A stretch of DNA of 64,000 nucleotides, from positions 18,077-82,076 of the forward strand of contig JBDRGY010000006.1 in NCBI GenBank assembly GCA_043817315.1, read 5' to 3'. The DNA is from Patescibacteria group bacterium. Lineage in GTDB: Bacteria; Patescibacteriota; Patescibacteriia; JBDRGY01. Made by a program: the position numbers and the translations under genes. The notes below the pieces were generated by a model. The model had not been told where the DNA came from. It made no database searches and saw only the letters and a program-made list of their open reading frames with translations. Of the stretch, positions 17,113 through 25,909 are shown piece after piece. How positions within the stretch are numbered: position 1 is the stretch's first letter; each line of letters opens with the position of its first letter.

Positions 17113-17583
17113 CATTCAGGTCCTGGCTCGGATCTCGAGTGGCACGAGGGGGCTAGCCTCTCATCCTTACACTGAGGGGCTAGCAAAAAGACAACAAGAG
17201 CCATTAGCTCTTTTCAATGTTTCCGCGCGTGACGTCCTATCCTCTGGGTAGATCAAGTCTGCGTTGCGGGGGTCGGCATCTGTCTCCACCGGCTGTCAGC
17301 GCTAAGGTGCTGATTGGAACGGCGGCGGGTGCGCGACGGTCGCTGCCTAGCAGTCCTGTTGGGCTGGGTGGTGACAAAAACCTGCCTCTTGGAAACCGGG
17401 GGTTGACGAGAGGCAGGGAATTTTTCTCAGCACGGACGCTGAGTGTGTAAGTAGACATCCGCGACTCTGTCGCCGCGGTTCTCTCTTGCCATCCGGCTCA
17501 GCGTCCAAAAAAATAGATCGCCGTATGGGGGAGATGGGCGATCCAAAGAGGAGCCTTCATTACTTCAGCTCCTCTATTTTTTT
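17113..17583 (+). ncRNA. unassigned GC-rich structured-RNA candidate (~470 nt), with promoter TTGACA-17-ATTATA at 17078-17106 and terminator at 17547-17583
   Basis: About 60-67% G+C in sampled lines against an ~40% background. Only short, overlapping, SD-less ORFs on both strands. Consensus -35 with a good -10 upstream. AGAGGAGC…GCTCCTCT hairpin plus T7 at the 3' end. Confidence 0.35.
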
Positions 17584-17593
17584 ACCTTAAATT

Positions 17594-18031
17594 TTATTCT
17601 CGGGAATAGGTGCCTATCAATTCTGCCTTGGCAATAGTATGTTCCTGTACTTTAGCGGCAAAATTATCCTTAGTGACATCAATTAATTGGTCGGTGTCTA
17701 AAGCATAAACCACAAAGACGTAATGGTGGGTACCTGCTGGAGGGCAAGGACCCCCGTAACTCTCCTTACCAAAATCATTAGCGATTTCGATAGCTCCGGT
17801 GGGCTTTTCTGCTCCTTCCTCTAGTTCGCTTTCCGAAACAGGAATGTTAATCATTACCCAGTGGACCCAATTGCCGGTAGGGGCATCAGGGTCCATGCAG
17901 GATAGGGCGAAACTTTTTGTAACTTCTGGGTACTCACTCCATTTGAGATGGGGAGACCAATCCTCGCCGTCACAAGTGTGCTTGGTGGGGATGACCTGGT
18001 CAGGCTCAAAATCGTTGGATTGTAAAATCAT
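17594..18031 (-). CDS. YbhB/YbcL-family phosphatidylethanolamine-binding protein (PEBP)
   Basis: PEBP signature CMDPDAPTGNWVHWVMINIP…GPCPPAGTHHYVFVVYALD. Confidence 0.75.
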   Translation of the reverse strand: MILQSNDFEPDQVIPTKHTCDGEDWSPHLKWSEYPEVTKSFALSCMDPDAPTGNWVHWVMINIPVSESELEEGAEKPTGAIEIANDFGKESYGGPCPPAGTHHYVFVVYALDTDQLIDVTKDNFAAKVQEHTIAKAELIGTYSRE

Positions 18032-18043
18032 AGAATAAAGACT

Positions 18044-19168
18044 CTAAATGTTTTTATCAAAGCGAAAGCTTTTCCAGGCGATAAAGAAAGTAACTACTAC
18101 CCAAGCTAAAATTATCCATAATTGACTGGTAACTTCTGCCAATCCCACTCCGTCATTGGCTATTTTGCGTAAAGCTTCAATTAGGGGAGAAAGGGGCAAG
18201 TATTTGGTAACTGCGTAGGCCCAGGATGGCAACATCTCTGGGGCGAAGAAAACTCCGGATAGAAACATCATGGGCATGGCAATAATATTGGACATTGATT
18301 CGGCTGCGTTAACTGATTTGGCCCATCCAGCTACTGAAAAACCCAGATTGAGAAAAATGATAGTGCCCAGAAAGCTTAAAAGATAAATATAAAAGTAGCT
18401 GCCGAACACCTGTACATTATAAAGCAGTCGGGCCACTAAGATTATCAGGGTTATTTGGATAGCGGCGATAATTAAATAGGAAAGCACCTCGGCAATCAAG
18501 AAGTTTCTGACTTTAAGAGGGGTGGCTGTTAATCTTTTTAGTAATCTTTGTTCGCGGTATTTGGTAATCTCCGAGGCAATGCCAATAATTGCCGCCATCA
18601 TAATAGCCATACCCAGAATACCGGGCATGATGACGTCTATATAATTGATGTTCTTGGATTCAAAGGCTTCTGGTTGAATGGCGAAGTATTCAGGTGCCTG
18701 GGTAATTTCTTTATTCAACCCGTCAATAAATTGATTAAATACGCTCAGCACCAGCTGATTAGTTGTGATATTGCTTTCGTCGTAATAAATTTGGATTTCT
18801 ACAGGTTTGCTAACGGTCGTTTCCAGCCCGGGTTGGGTCGGGTCTAAAACAGTCGGGGCAGGAACGGTAAATTCTGCCGGGATAATCAGAATAAAATCCA
18901 GCTCCCCCTGCCGCAGCATATTCTTGGCATCCTCTTCGTCTACCACCGGTTCGATGGTTAAAAACTCAATCTCTTCAATGCCTGATTTAAATTGCTGCGA
19001 TATTTCATTGTTGGCTTTATCGATAAAAGCAATGCTGGAGCTGGCCATGCCTTCAAAGTCAAACAGGCCAAAAATGACGATGAACATAGTGGGAAAAGCC
19101 AGGGTCCAAAACAAAGCTTGCTTATTGCGGAAAGTCATTTTAATTAATGCCCAAAGTAGTTGAACCAT
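18044..19168 (-). CDS. ABC-2 type transporter permease
   Basis: N-terminal TM helix, large extracytoplasmic region, then five C-terminal TM helices. Immediately downstream of an ABC ATPase gene. Confidence 0.75.
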   Translation of the reverse strand: MVQLLWALIKMTFRNKQALFWTLAFPTMFIVIFGLFDFEGMASSSIAFIDKANNEISQQFKSGIEEIEFLTIEPVVDEEDAKNMLRQGELDFILIIPAEFTVPAPTVLDPTQPGLETTVSKPVEIQIYYDESNITTNQLVLSVFNQFIDGLNKEITQAPEYFAIQPEAFESKNINYIDVIMPGILGMAIMMAAIIGIASEITKYREQRLLKRLTATPLKVRNFLIAEVLSYLIIAAIQITLIILVARLLYNVQVFGSYFYIYLLSFLGTIIFLNLGFSVAGWAKSVNAAESMSNIIAMPMMFLSGVFFAPEMLPSWAYAVTKYLPLSPLIEALRKIANDGVGLAEVTSQLWIILAWVVVTFFIAWKSFRFDKNI

Positions 19169-19169
19169 A

Positions 19170-20102
19170 CTATTCTTTTAACTTCTTCCCGGTTAATTCT
19201 AAGAAGACGTCTTCCAAATCAGCGTGAGTGACCTCTTCATCTAATATATTTATCCTTTTGTTTTTGGCCCAATTGATCAGTTTGGGAAAAGTTTCTGTTA
19301 CTTTGCCGACTCTCATGTGGTATTTGTTGTGACCCATCTGCTCTACTTTGACTACTCCCTCTATCTTATGTAACTCTGCCAAATCAACTTTCTGGTCTAC
19401 CTGAAAGTCTATCCGGCCTGAAGCGTCTAGTTGATTAATCAAATTTATCGGAGTATCTAGGGCTCTGATTCTGCCAGCGTCCATAATCCCCACTCGATCA
19501 CACAATTCTTGAGCTTCCTCCATGTAATGAGTGGTAATAATTACTGTTTTGCCCTCTTTGTTTATCTTTTGGATAAACTCCCAGATGTTACGTCGGGCTT
19601 GAGGGTCTAAACCAGTGGTTGGTTCGTCAAGAAAGGCTATCTTGGGATCATTAACCAAAGAGGCGCAAATGGAAAAACGTTGTTTTTGACCTCCGGACAA
19701 ATGACGAACCAGAGATTTTTTCTTTTCCGTCAGGTCGACAATTTCTAACAATTTCATCGGGTCCATTTGTTTTTTATAGAAGGTGCCGAAAAGTTTTAAA
19801 ATTTCTTCCAAGGTCAAATAATCAAAATAGGCAGAAGCTTGTAATTGTACTCCTATTCTTTCTTTGATCTTATTCACTTCTTTTTGGGGATTTATCCCCA
19901 AGACTGATATCTCGCCTTTGGTGGCCTTTTGGATTCCTTCAATAATTTCTAGAGTTGTGGTCTTGCCGGCACCATTGGGCCCCAATAAACCAAAAACTTC
20001 TCCTTCTTTGACCTCAAAGGAGACGTCATCAACTGCTTTCAAAAATCCCCCTTCCGGTTGGGGAAATTGTTTGGTCAAATGTTTTACTTCGATAACTGGC
20101 AT
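19170..20102 (-). CDS. ABC transporter ATP-binding protein
   Basis: Walker A GPNGAGKTT, signature LSGGQKQR, Walker B DEPTTGLD. Confidence 0.85.
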   Translation of the reverse strand: MPVIEVKHLTKQFPQPEGGFLKAVDDVSFEVKEGEVFGLLGPNGAGKTTTLEIIEGIQKATKGEISVLGINPQKEVNKIKERIGVQLQASAYFDYLTLEEILKLFGTFYKKQMDPMKLLEIVDLTEKKKSLVRHLSGGQKQRFSICASLVNDPKIAFLDEPTTGLDPQARRNIWEFIQKINKEGKTVIITTHYMEEAQELCDRVGIMDAGRIRALDTPINLINQLDASGRIDFQVDQKVDLAELHKIEGVVKVEQMGHNKYHMRVGKVTETFPKLINWAKNKRINILDEEVTHADLEDVFLELTGKKLKE

Positions 20103-20108
20103 TTGAGT

Positions 20109-21122
20109 TTATACTAATTGCTTCTGGCTCTTTTGTAAACCTAAATGTTGATAGGCTTTATCGGTAACTACTCGACCTCGTGGGGTTCTGGCTAAAAAAC
20201 CAATTTGCAATAAAAACGGCTCATAAACGTCTTCGATAGTGGCAATCTCTTGGCCCACTGAAGCGGCAATGGAATTGACTCCAACAGGTCCTCCCTGATA
20301 GCGATCAACCATGGTTTCTAATATCTTGCGGTCTACCGCGTCTAGACCCTTGGCATCAATATCCAACATATTTAAGGCAGCTTGGGCTAAATCCAGAGTA
20401 ACCTGACCATCTGCCTTTACCTGGGCGTAGTCTCTAACCCTTTTTAATAGTCGATTGGCCACTCTGGGTGTCTTCCTGGCCCTTTTAGCTATTTCCACCA
20501 AAGCATCCTTGGCCACTTTTACTTTTAAGATTTTTGCAGCTCGTTTTATTATCTTCTCAATATCGTCGTCGCTGTAATAATCCAAGTGAAAAACTGCCCC
20601 GAATCTGTCCCTAAGCGGAGAGGAGACTGAACTGACCCGCGTAGTCGCTCCGATTAAAGTAAAACGGGGCAAATCCAGTCTGATGGTTTGGGCCGATGGG
20701 CCTTTTCCCACCACCATATCGATCACGTACTCCTCCATGGCCGGGTATAATACTTCTTCTACTGTTCGGTGTAAGCGATGGATTTCATCGATAAACAAAA
20801 TGTCGCCGTCTACCAGATTGGTAATAATTGCGGCTAAATCACCGGCTCGTTCGATAGCCGGACCAGAGGTGATCCTAATGCTTGATTGCATTTCATGGGC
20901 AATCACATGAGCCAAGGTTGTCTTGCCCAAGCCAGGACAGCCGTGCAGCAAAACGTGCTCGATGGGCTCTTTTCTTTTCTGGGCAGCAGCCATGAAGATT
21001 TGCAGATTCTCCTTGATTTTTTCCTGGCCCACATATTCCGCCAATTGCTTGGGTCGTAAAGTCAGGTCAAGGGTCTTGTCCTCTTCTTTCTCCTCGGAGG
21101 TAATTATCCTTTCTTCAGACAT
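20109..21122 (-). CDS. ruvB: Holliday junction branch migration ATPase RuvB
   Basis: LRPKQLAEYVGQEKIKENL…LLHGCPGLGKTTLAHVIAHEM…ILFIDEIHRL and a C-terminal winged helix; typical RuvB. Confidence 0.9.
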   Translation of the reverse strand: MSEERIITSEEKEEDKTLDLTLRPKQLAEYVGQEKIKENLQIFMAAAQKRKEPIEHVLLHGCPGLGKTTLAHVIAHEMQSSIRITSGPAIERAGDLAAIITNLVDGDILFIDEIHRLHRTVEEVLYPAMEEYVIDMVVGKGPSAQTIRLDLPRFTLIGATTRVSSVSSPLRDRFGAVFHLDYYSDDDIEKIIKRAAKILKVKVAKDALVEIAKRARKTPRVANRLLKRVRDYAQVKADGQVTLDLAQAALNMLDIDAKGLDAVDRKILETMVDRYQGGPVGVNSIAASVGQEIATIEDVYEPFLLQIGFLARTPRGRVVTDKAYQHLGLQKSQKQLV

Positions 21123-22105
21123 TATTTTTTCTTTTTGGCTTTATTAAATCTTTTTACTCTTATTATTCCAGATCCGACAATCACCTCTACCCCTCTTTTT
21201 TCTAGTTCATCCAACAATAAATTCATCCCGATGGAGTCCGAGGCCATGTGCCCTGCTACAATAATGTTTAAGTGTTGTTTCTCCGCCTCCTCTTTATTCT
21301 CTTCTTTCATGTGCATACTAACGATAGTACCGATACCGGCCTGGGATAATTTTTCATATAGCTCGATAGCCCCGGAGGTACCGCCGGTTACTTCTGTCAA
21401 AGCGATCTTACCGCAATAGCGCTCCAGTCCTCCGGTAAACAAGGTGGGGCCGGCCTTCTGTTTCATGGCTTCCTGGTATTCGGGAATTGATTTTAATAAT
21501 TTTAGCAGGTCTTTAACAAACTCCAATTTTTTCTGGTTACGATCTATCAACTTTTTGAGGTGTCGTTGCACTAAATTATCTGCAGGAGTATGTACGCAGA
21601 AGAGTGGAAAGCCAAGTTTGTCAGCGGCATCAATAACTTTGTTGTGATTAATCGGTGCTAATGACCTGGATACCGCGGCAATCCTCTTGCTCATCAGATC
21701 TTCGGCCAAGTGAACCGGCACTCCGTACATGGCCAGCATTTCGGTTTGCATCTCCATCACTTCATACATGCCTGCCAGGGCTTTGCCCAGAGGATGGTGC
21801 GAGATTACTAAATCAATTGGATTTTTGGCGGACAGTTTGTCTACCAGCAGCATCTCAGAGACATCAATATCAATTCCCGCATAAACTCGCTTAATCTTTT
21901 TGTCAGGGTCGTCTGTAAAATAACGGGTGTCCGAATAAGGGTTGGTTAACTTTTCCAGATCGAACTCCGCTTTTTGGTCTTTGGGCAGGTTTTGATAGCG
22001 CTCCTTTTCCTGTTTCAGTTTACGAAACACCCCTTGATTAGGTCGCATATCTGCGTCAATGCCCTTTTTAACGGCTAGGTCATAGATTTGCTTAATTGTC
22101 ATCAT
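21122..22105 (-). CDS. Nif3-like dinuclear metal centre protein (tentative)
   Basis: DLVISHHPLG and IIVAGHMASDSIG motifs resemble the NIF3/YqfO family. The N-terminus is atypical. Confidence 0.45.
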   Translation of the reverse strand: MMTIKQIYDLAVKKGIDADMRPNQGVFRKLKQEKERYQNLPKDQKAEFDLEKLTNPYSDTRYFTDDPDKKIKRVYAGIDIDVSEMLLVDKLSAKNPIDLVISHHPLGKALAGMYEVMEMQTEMLAMYGVPVHLAEDLMSKRIAAVSRSLAPINHNKVIDAADKLGFPLFCVHTPADNLVQRHLKKLIDRNQKKLEFVKDLLKLLKSIPEYQEAMKQKAGPTLFTGGLERYCGKIALTEVTGGTSGAIELYEKLSQAGIGTIVSMHMKEENKEEAEKQHLNIIVAGHMASDSIGMNLLLDELEKRGVEVIVGSGIIRVKRFNKAKKKK

Positions 22106-22239
22106 CTGGCATGTGAGTTAATGTTTTAGTCTTTATATTCTATCAGGTTTGGGCTAAAAAATCAATAAAAATGGCTAATTTTAGCTAAATTTAACCAAAG
22201 GCCCTTGACAGGTGTTAGATTCTATGATAATATTTTTTG

Positions 22240-22381
22240 TTCTTCTGAAATTGAAGAAACTGCTTTGGAATCTGCAGTCACGACAAGCATGGGGATCCTT
22301 TGAAGGCTTATTGGGCCCTTCCTCCACTCAATAATACCTTTTAAGGATTCTCTTGACTGCAGATTCTTGAGCAGTTTTTTT
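22240..22381 (+). ncRNA. candidate rod-like small RNA; promoter TTGACA-17-TAATAT at 22205-22233, closing 13-bp stem, T7 tail
   Basis: Perfect 13-bp inverted repeat GAATCTGCAGTCA (22268-22280) / TGACTGCAGATTC (22354-22366) enclosing an internally pairing, GC-richer segment (GGATCCTT/AAGGATTC; TTATTG/CAATAA). T7 at 22375-22381. Antisense to the flanking gene ends. Confidence 0.3.
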
Positions 22382-24293
22382 ATGTTCCATTTACGTTTAG
22401 GTTGGTATTAGAATTGATATTGGCGTTGGTGTTAGTGGGCTCTACCTCTTCTTCTGGTTGCTTCAAAGTTCCCGGCTCCACTCCTAACAAACACACCTCT
22501 TGCCACGGTTTATAATGAGATTCCCAGACTTCATTAGTTTCTTCTCCTTCAGCACTGGTAATAGTCCTGGTAAATTCAGTATCGGCCCCGGTGTGCGCTC
22601 TTTCGGTGCATTTCCTTTCGCCTGGAGCCAGGTCCTCTGTTTCCACCACATTAGTATCCGGTGGTTTTACAAAATTGAAAATTCGCGGCTTGGTCATGGC
22701 AACTTGACGACCGTCACTGGTACCATAGAATTCAAATGTCAGCAGGTTGCCATCAATACTGGTTATAAATAAAATGTAATGACCAGTATCGTTAATAAAT
22801 TTCAAGTCAGGGGCCGGGTTATAAATAGTGGCATCAGTACCAGCCGGTTCATAATAGGAAACCCGATAGGAGTGGGGACTTCTGGCTGTAATCGGCAGAC
22901 CAGCATCCAAAGCTACTCGAAAAGCGGTGGTTCCAATTTGGCACAGGCCGCCGCCGTATTCCGGAATGGTTTTATTGCCCTTAATCACCAACTCTGGCAA
23001 GTAACCGGTTGAGGCTTCAATCTCCCCTAGGGTTCCAACCAGGGAAAACTCTTCATCGGGCTTGATTAATATCCCATTCAAAGTATCAGCTCCCACGGCA
23101 ATATTGTGCCTGCGGTTTTTAGGACTGCCGCTGAAGTCTGATTGGCCACGACCGATCAATTCTTTAATTCCATAAGTGTTGATTTGCTCGGTAGCTACCT
23201 TGGGCAACACCTCCTCAACGACTAGGGTAGTTACCTGGCCGCCAGCCGCCACTATGTCTTTTTCCATTAAGGTGATTGTCTGATCAATAGCGATCTGCTG
23301 TCCGATTTGGGAAGGTTGAAATTCAATCACCCGCTCTCCTTCCATTTGGAATTTACCCTCTTTAACTTCGACGTCTACTTCTTTAGCCAGCTCGGTCAAG
23401 AAAGTAACCGCCGTCTCATTAAAACCAACTGTCGGCACTGGCTTTCGGGCATCTTGCTTAAAGGCCAGCCACTGTTTCAATTCTTCTTTATCAACTAGCC
23501 AATGGTAATCAAGATACTTGATAGAAATAGGGGCCTGGTCTGTCACCTCCCTGGCTACTTTTAGGGCGTTATCACACTGCGCTGACTTAACCACAGGCTG
23601 ATCTTCCTCTAATTGCAAATTTATTGACTCCAAGGACAAGGTTTTCAGACTAGTCTCAGCTTGACTAACCAAACTGGAATAATCAAAAGCTTGGCCCGAC
23701 TGTTCCGGGGCAACCCCAGGTTCATCTCCCACAAAAGTCAGCTTGGCATCTACGGCCGGATCTTCATATGAGGCAAAATTAACCTGCAGTATATCAATCA
23801 ATTTGCTTTCTTCGAGAAAGACTACCGGTTCTACTTTGTGGGTTTTGAATAGACTGATCAATAAATCTTTCCAGTTGACTAAAAAATTTACAGAATGACC
23901 ATACTGATAAATATCATTTACAGTTTGCTCAACATCAAAGGCAAATATTTCATAGGTTAGGTCAGGGTCGGCTGTAGCTACTGCTTGGGATTCCACTTCA
24001 ACCACTTCGTCCTCATAAATATAGGTGATGCCTGCTTCCGCCACCTCGTTTATCCTCTCAGCCACTAAATCGGCTACTTGATCATAGGTTAGGCCGCTTA
24101 CTGACAGGTTTCCTATAACCACTTTGGGCAGTATCTTGTTAGAATAATTTAGTTGATAAAAAAACCAAGCTGTGGTGATTATCATTAAAACAAAAAAGAT
24201 GGCAATAATTTTTCCCAACCATCTTCGCCTATTCTTTTCCTTGCTCTTTGGAGCCGATTTGCCTTTGGTGGGCTTTTTTTTAGCTTTGGGCAT
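22380..24293 (-). CDS. VanW-domain protein with N-terminal membrane anchor
   Basis: Lys-rich N-terminus plus one TM helix. C-terminal VanW-like block GGGLCQIGTTAFRVALDAGLPITARSPHSYRVSYYEPAGTDATIY. Confidence 0.6.
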   Translation of the reverse strand: MPKAKKKPTKGKSAPKSKEKNRRRWLGKIIAIFFVLMIITTAWFFYQLNYSNKILPKVVIGNLSVSGLTYDQVADLVAERINEVAEAGITYIYEDEVVEVESQAVATADPDLTYEIFAFDVEQTVNDIYQYGHSVNFLVNWKDLLISLFKTHKVEPVVFLEESKLIDILQVNFASYEDPAVDAKLTFVGDEPGVAPEQSGQAFDYSSLVSQAETSLKTLSLESINLQLEEDQPVVKSAQCDNALKVAREVTDQAPISIKYLDYHWLVDKEELKQWLAFKQDARKPVPTVGFNETAVTFLTELAKEVDVEVKEGKFQMEGERVIEFQPSQIGQQIAIDQTITLMEKDIVAAGGQVTTLVVEEVLPKVATEQINTYGIKELIGRGQSDFSGSPKNRRHNIAVGADTLNGILIKPDEEFSLVGTLGEIEASTGYLPELVIKGNKTIPEYGGGLCQIGTTAFRVALDAGLPITARSPHSYRVSYYEPAGTDATIYNPAPDLKFINDTGHYILFITSIDGNLLTFEFYGTSDGRQVAMTKPRIFNFVKPPDTNVVETEDLAPGERKCTERAHTGADTEFTRTITSAEGEETNEVWESHYKPWQEVCLLGVEPGTLKQPEEEVEPTNTNANINSNTNLNVNGT

Positions 24294-24516
24294 TTAATAG
24301 AATCCGATTTAAGAGCGCTTTGGCGATTTCTTCCCTTTCCTCTTGATCAGTCATATTGGTTGTAGCAACTAATCGTAGAGTGCTTCCTTCCTTAACGTGC
24401 TCCGGCAAATTTTTGATCGGCCAAAAAACCTCTTGTTGATCATCGGTGCGTATTACCGCATTTTTCTCCTCAAAACGATCAATTACTCCTTTTAAATGAT
24501 ACGGTCTCTCCGTCAT
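24280..24516 (-). CDS. DUF3006-family small protein
   Basis: GVIDRFEEKNAVIRTDDQQEVFWPIKNLPEHVKEGSTLRL matches the DUF3006 pattern. Start placed at the internal Met to avoid overlap with the hsp20 stop. Confidence 0.5.
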   Translation of the reverse strand: MTERPYHLKGVIDRFEEKNAVIRTDDQQEVFWPIKNLPEHVKEGSTLRLVATTNMTDQEEREEIAKALLNRILLNAQS

Positions 24517-24520
24517 GCCC

Positions 24521-25003
24521 TTATTCTTCAATTTCTTTTACTTTTATGGCCTGCGCCTTGGGATGATTGGCCTTGGGTAAGGTAACTGTTAAAATTCCAT
24601 TTTTGAGAGTTGCTCTTACTTTATCCGCCTTGATTTCCGTCGGCAAAATAATTGACCGGGAAAATCCTCCCCAATAGCACTCTCGGTATAAATAATTTTC
24701 ATCAGGGATGGCTTCATCTTCGCGCCGACGCCCCTTGATGGTTACCATGTCTTTATTTATGGAAATATCAATGTCCTCAGGTCTGACCCCGGCAATGGTT
24801 GACTTGATCATAATCTCTTTTTCAGTCTGATAAACGTCAATAGAAAGCTGGCCATCGTAACTTTCCTCTAACCAGTCTTCGTTGTATAAATCATCTACGA
24901 TCCCGGTTGGCTCCTCAGGTTTTTTCTGTTCCAAATAAAAAGAGTCCTCCGCTTTTTTGGTTGTTGCTTTAGTTCTTACTGCTGCTTTTTTGGTCTCAGC
25001 CAT
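24521..25003 (-). CDS. Hsp20/alpha-crystallin family small heat-shock protein
   Basis: Alpha-crystallin domain LSIDVYQTEKEIMIKSTIAGV…GILTVTLPK. Confidence 0.85.
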   Translation of the reverse strand: MAETKKAAVRTKATTKKAEDSFYLEQKKPEEPTGIVDDLYNEDWLEESYDGQLSIDVYQTEKEIMIKSTIAGVRPEDIDISINKDMVTIKGRRREDEAIPDENYLYRECYWGGFSRSIILPTEIKADKVRATLKNGILTVTLPKANHPKAQAIKVKEIEE

Positions 25004-25081
25004 AGGATGTACTAACTGTCTAAAATTCTTTTATTACTATAATACATATTACGGTTTTTGACAAGAAACAGGTTGTGGTAT

Positions 25082-25630
25082 TTAGATTTTTTGATAAATG
25101 AATATTTTATATTTTTTGCCTAACTTAACAACTTGTTCCCGGAAATTTTCTTTGTTTTTTAAGGAAAACATATAGGAGATAATTTTTGAGCCGGGTCGTA
25201 GCTGGGTAAAGGATTTTTCTAGTTGTTTCATCCCCTTAGTGGTTAAAAAGCAAAAAATAATATCATAAGGCTCTAGGGCAGACTTAAAGATGTCTCCTCG
25301 GACGAATTTTACTTTGGCTTTTTTACGATTGAATGCTTTCCTGATATTAGATACTAGTAACAGTATTTTGGAATTCTCAACACCCCAAACTTCTCCTTGA
25401 AGCTGCTTGGCTGCCCTGAGAACAATCCTGCCACTTCCTGATCCTAAATCAATTATCTTGTCTCCCTTTTTCATCTGGGCTAACTCTATCATTTTGTCAA
25501 TGATTTTAAAGGGAGTGGGAACATAGGGAACAACTTTACGGAAGCTCCAGAAAACAAAACCCAAATACAACACAAAGGTCAACATCAGTAGGGCAAAAAG
25601 CAGGTTTATGCTAACAATTAAATAGTCCAT
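25082..25630 (-). CDS. membrane-anchored class I SAM-dependent methyltransferase (small)
   Basis: N-terminal TM helix. SAM-binding motif IDLGSGSGRIVL. Confidence 0.55.
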   Translation of the reverse strand: MDYLIVSINLLFALLMLTFVLYLGFVFWSFRKVVPYVPTPFKIIDKMIELAQMKKGDKIIDLGSGSGRIVLRAAKQLQGEVWGVENSKILLLVSNIRKAFNRKKAKVKFVRGDIFKSALEPYDIIFCFLTTKGMKQLEKSFTQLRPGSKIISYMFSLKNKENFREQVVKLGKKYKIFIYQKI

Positions 25631-25644
25631 ATTCTAATTATACA

Positions 25645-25670
25645 AAAAACGGCTCAATTGGCCGAATTTT
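25645..25670 (-). terminator. hairpin terminator downstream of the 25910-31094 operon
   Basis: AAAAACGGC-tcaattg-GCCGAATTTT: CGGC/GCCG stem flanked by A and T runs, so bidirectional in appearance. Confidence 0.4.
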
Positions 25671-25909
25671 ATGAATTTAGATATTTTTAGTATAGCTCTC
25701 GAGGTACAAACCTATTTTTTCAATAACTCCTGATTCCTTGAAGCGGGGCAGAATGGGAGGGTGAGGGGGAAAGGCCGCTCCATCCCTGCAAAAAGAAATA
25801 GGGGTAAACTATATTCATAACTGTAAGTTTTAATCAAAACGATAAAAAGAAGAGTCCAGATTTCAGAATATATATATTCATCCATTCTAGACTCTTTTAT
25901 TTTAGCAGC

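Noticed and set aside
17217-17458. 77-aa plus-strand and 73-aa minus-strand ORFs inside the GC-rich island
   Set aside because: They mirror each other on opposite strands, are low-complexity (Arg/Gly/Pro/Ala-rich) and lack SDs, which is typical of non-coding GC-rich sequence.
17113-17583. Assignment of the GC-rich island to RNase P RNA, tmRNA or SRP RNA
   Set aside because: I searched both strands by eye for GGAAAGUCCGG / ACAGAAnCCGGCUUA (RNase P), a tRNA-like 3' end with GGUUCGAnUCC…CCA and an ALAA-stop tag frame (tmRNA), and GGAAG-AGCAGC (SRP). Only loose partial resemblances turned up (CCACCGGCUGUCAG, GGAAACCGGGGGU), in the wrong order for RNase P. It stays unassigned rather than mislabelled.
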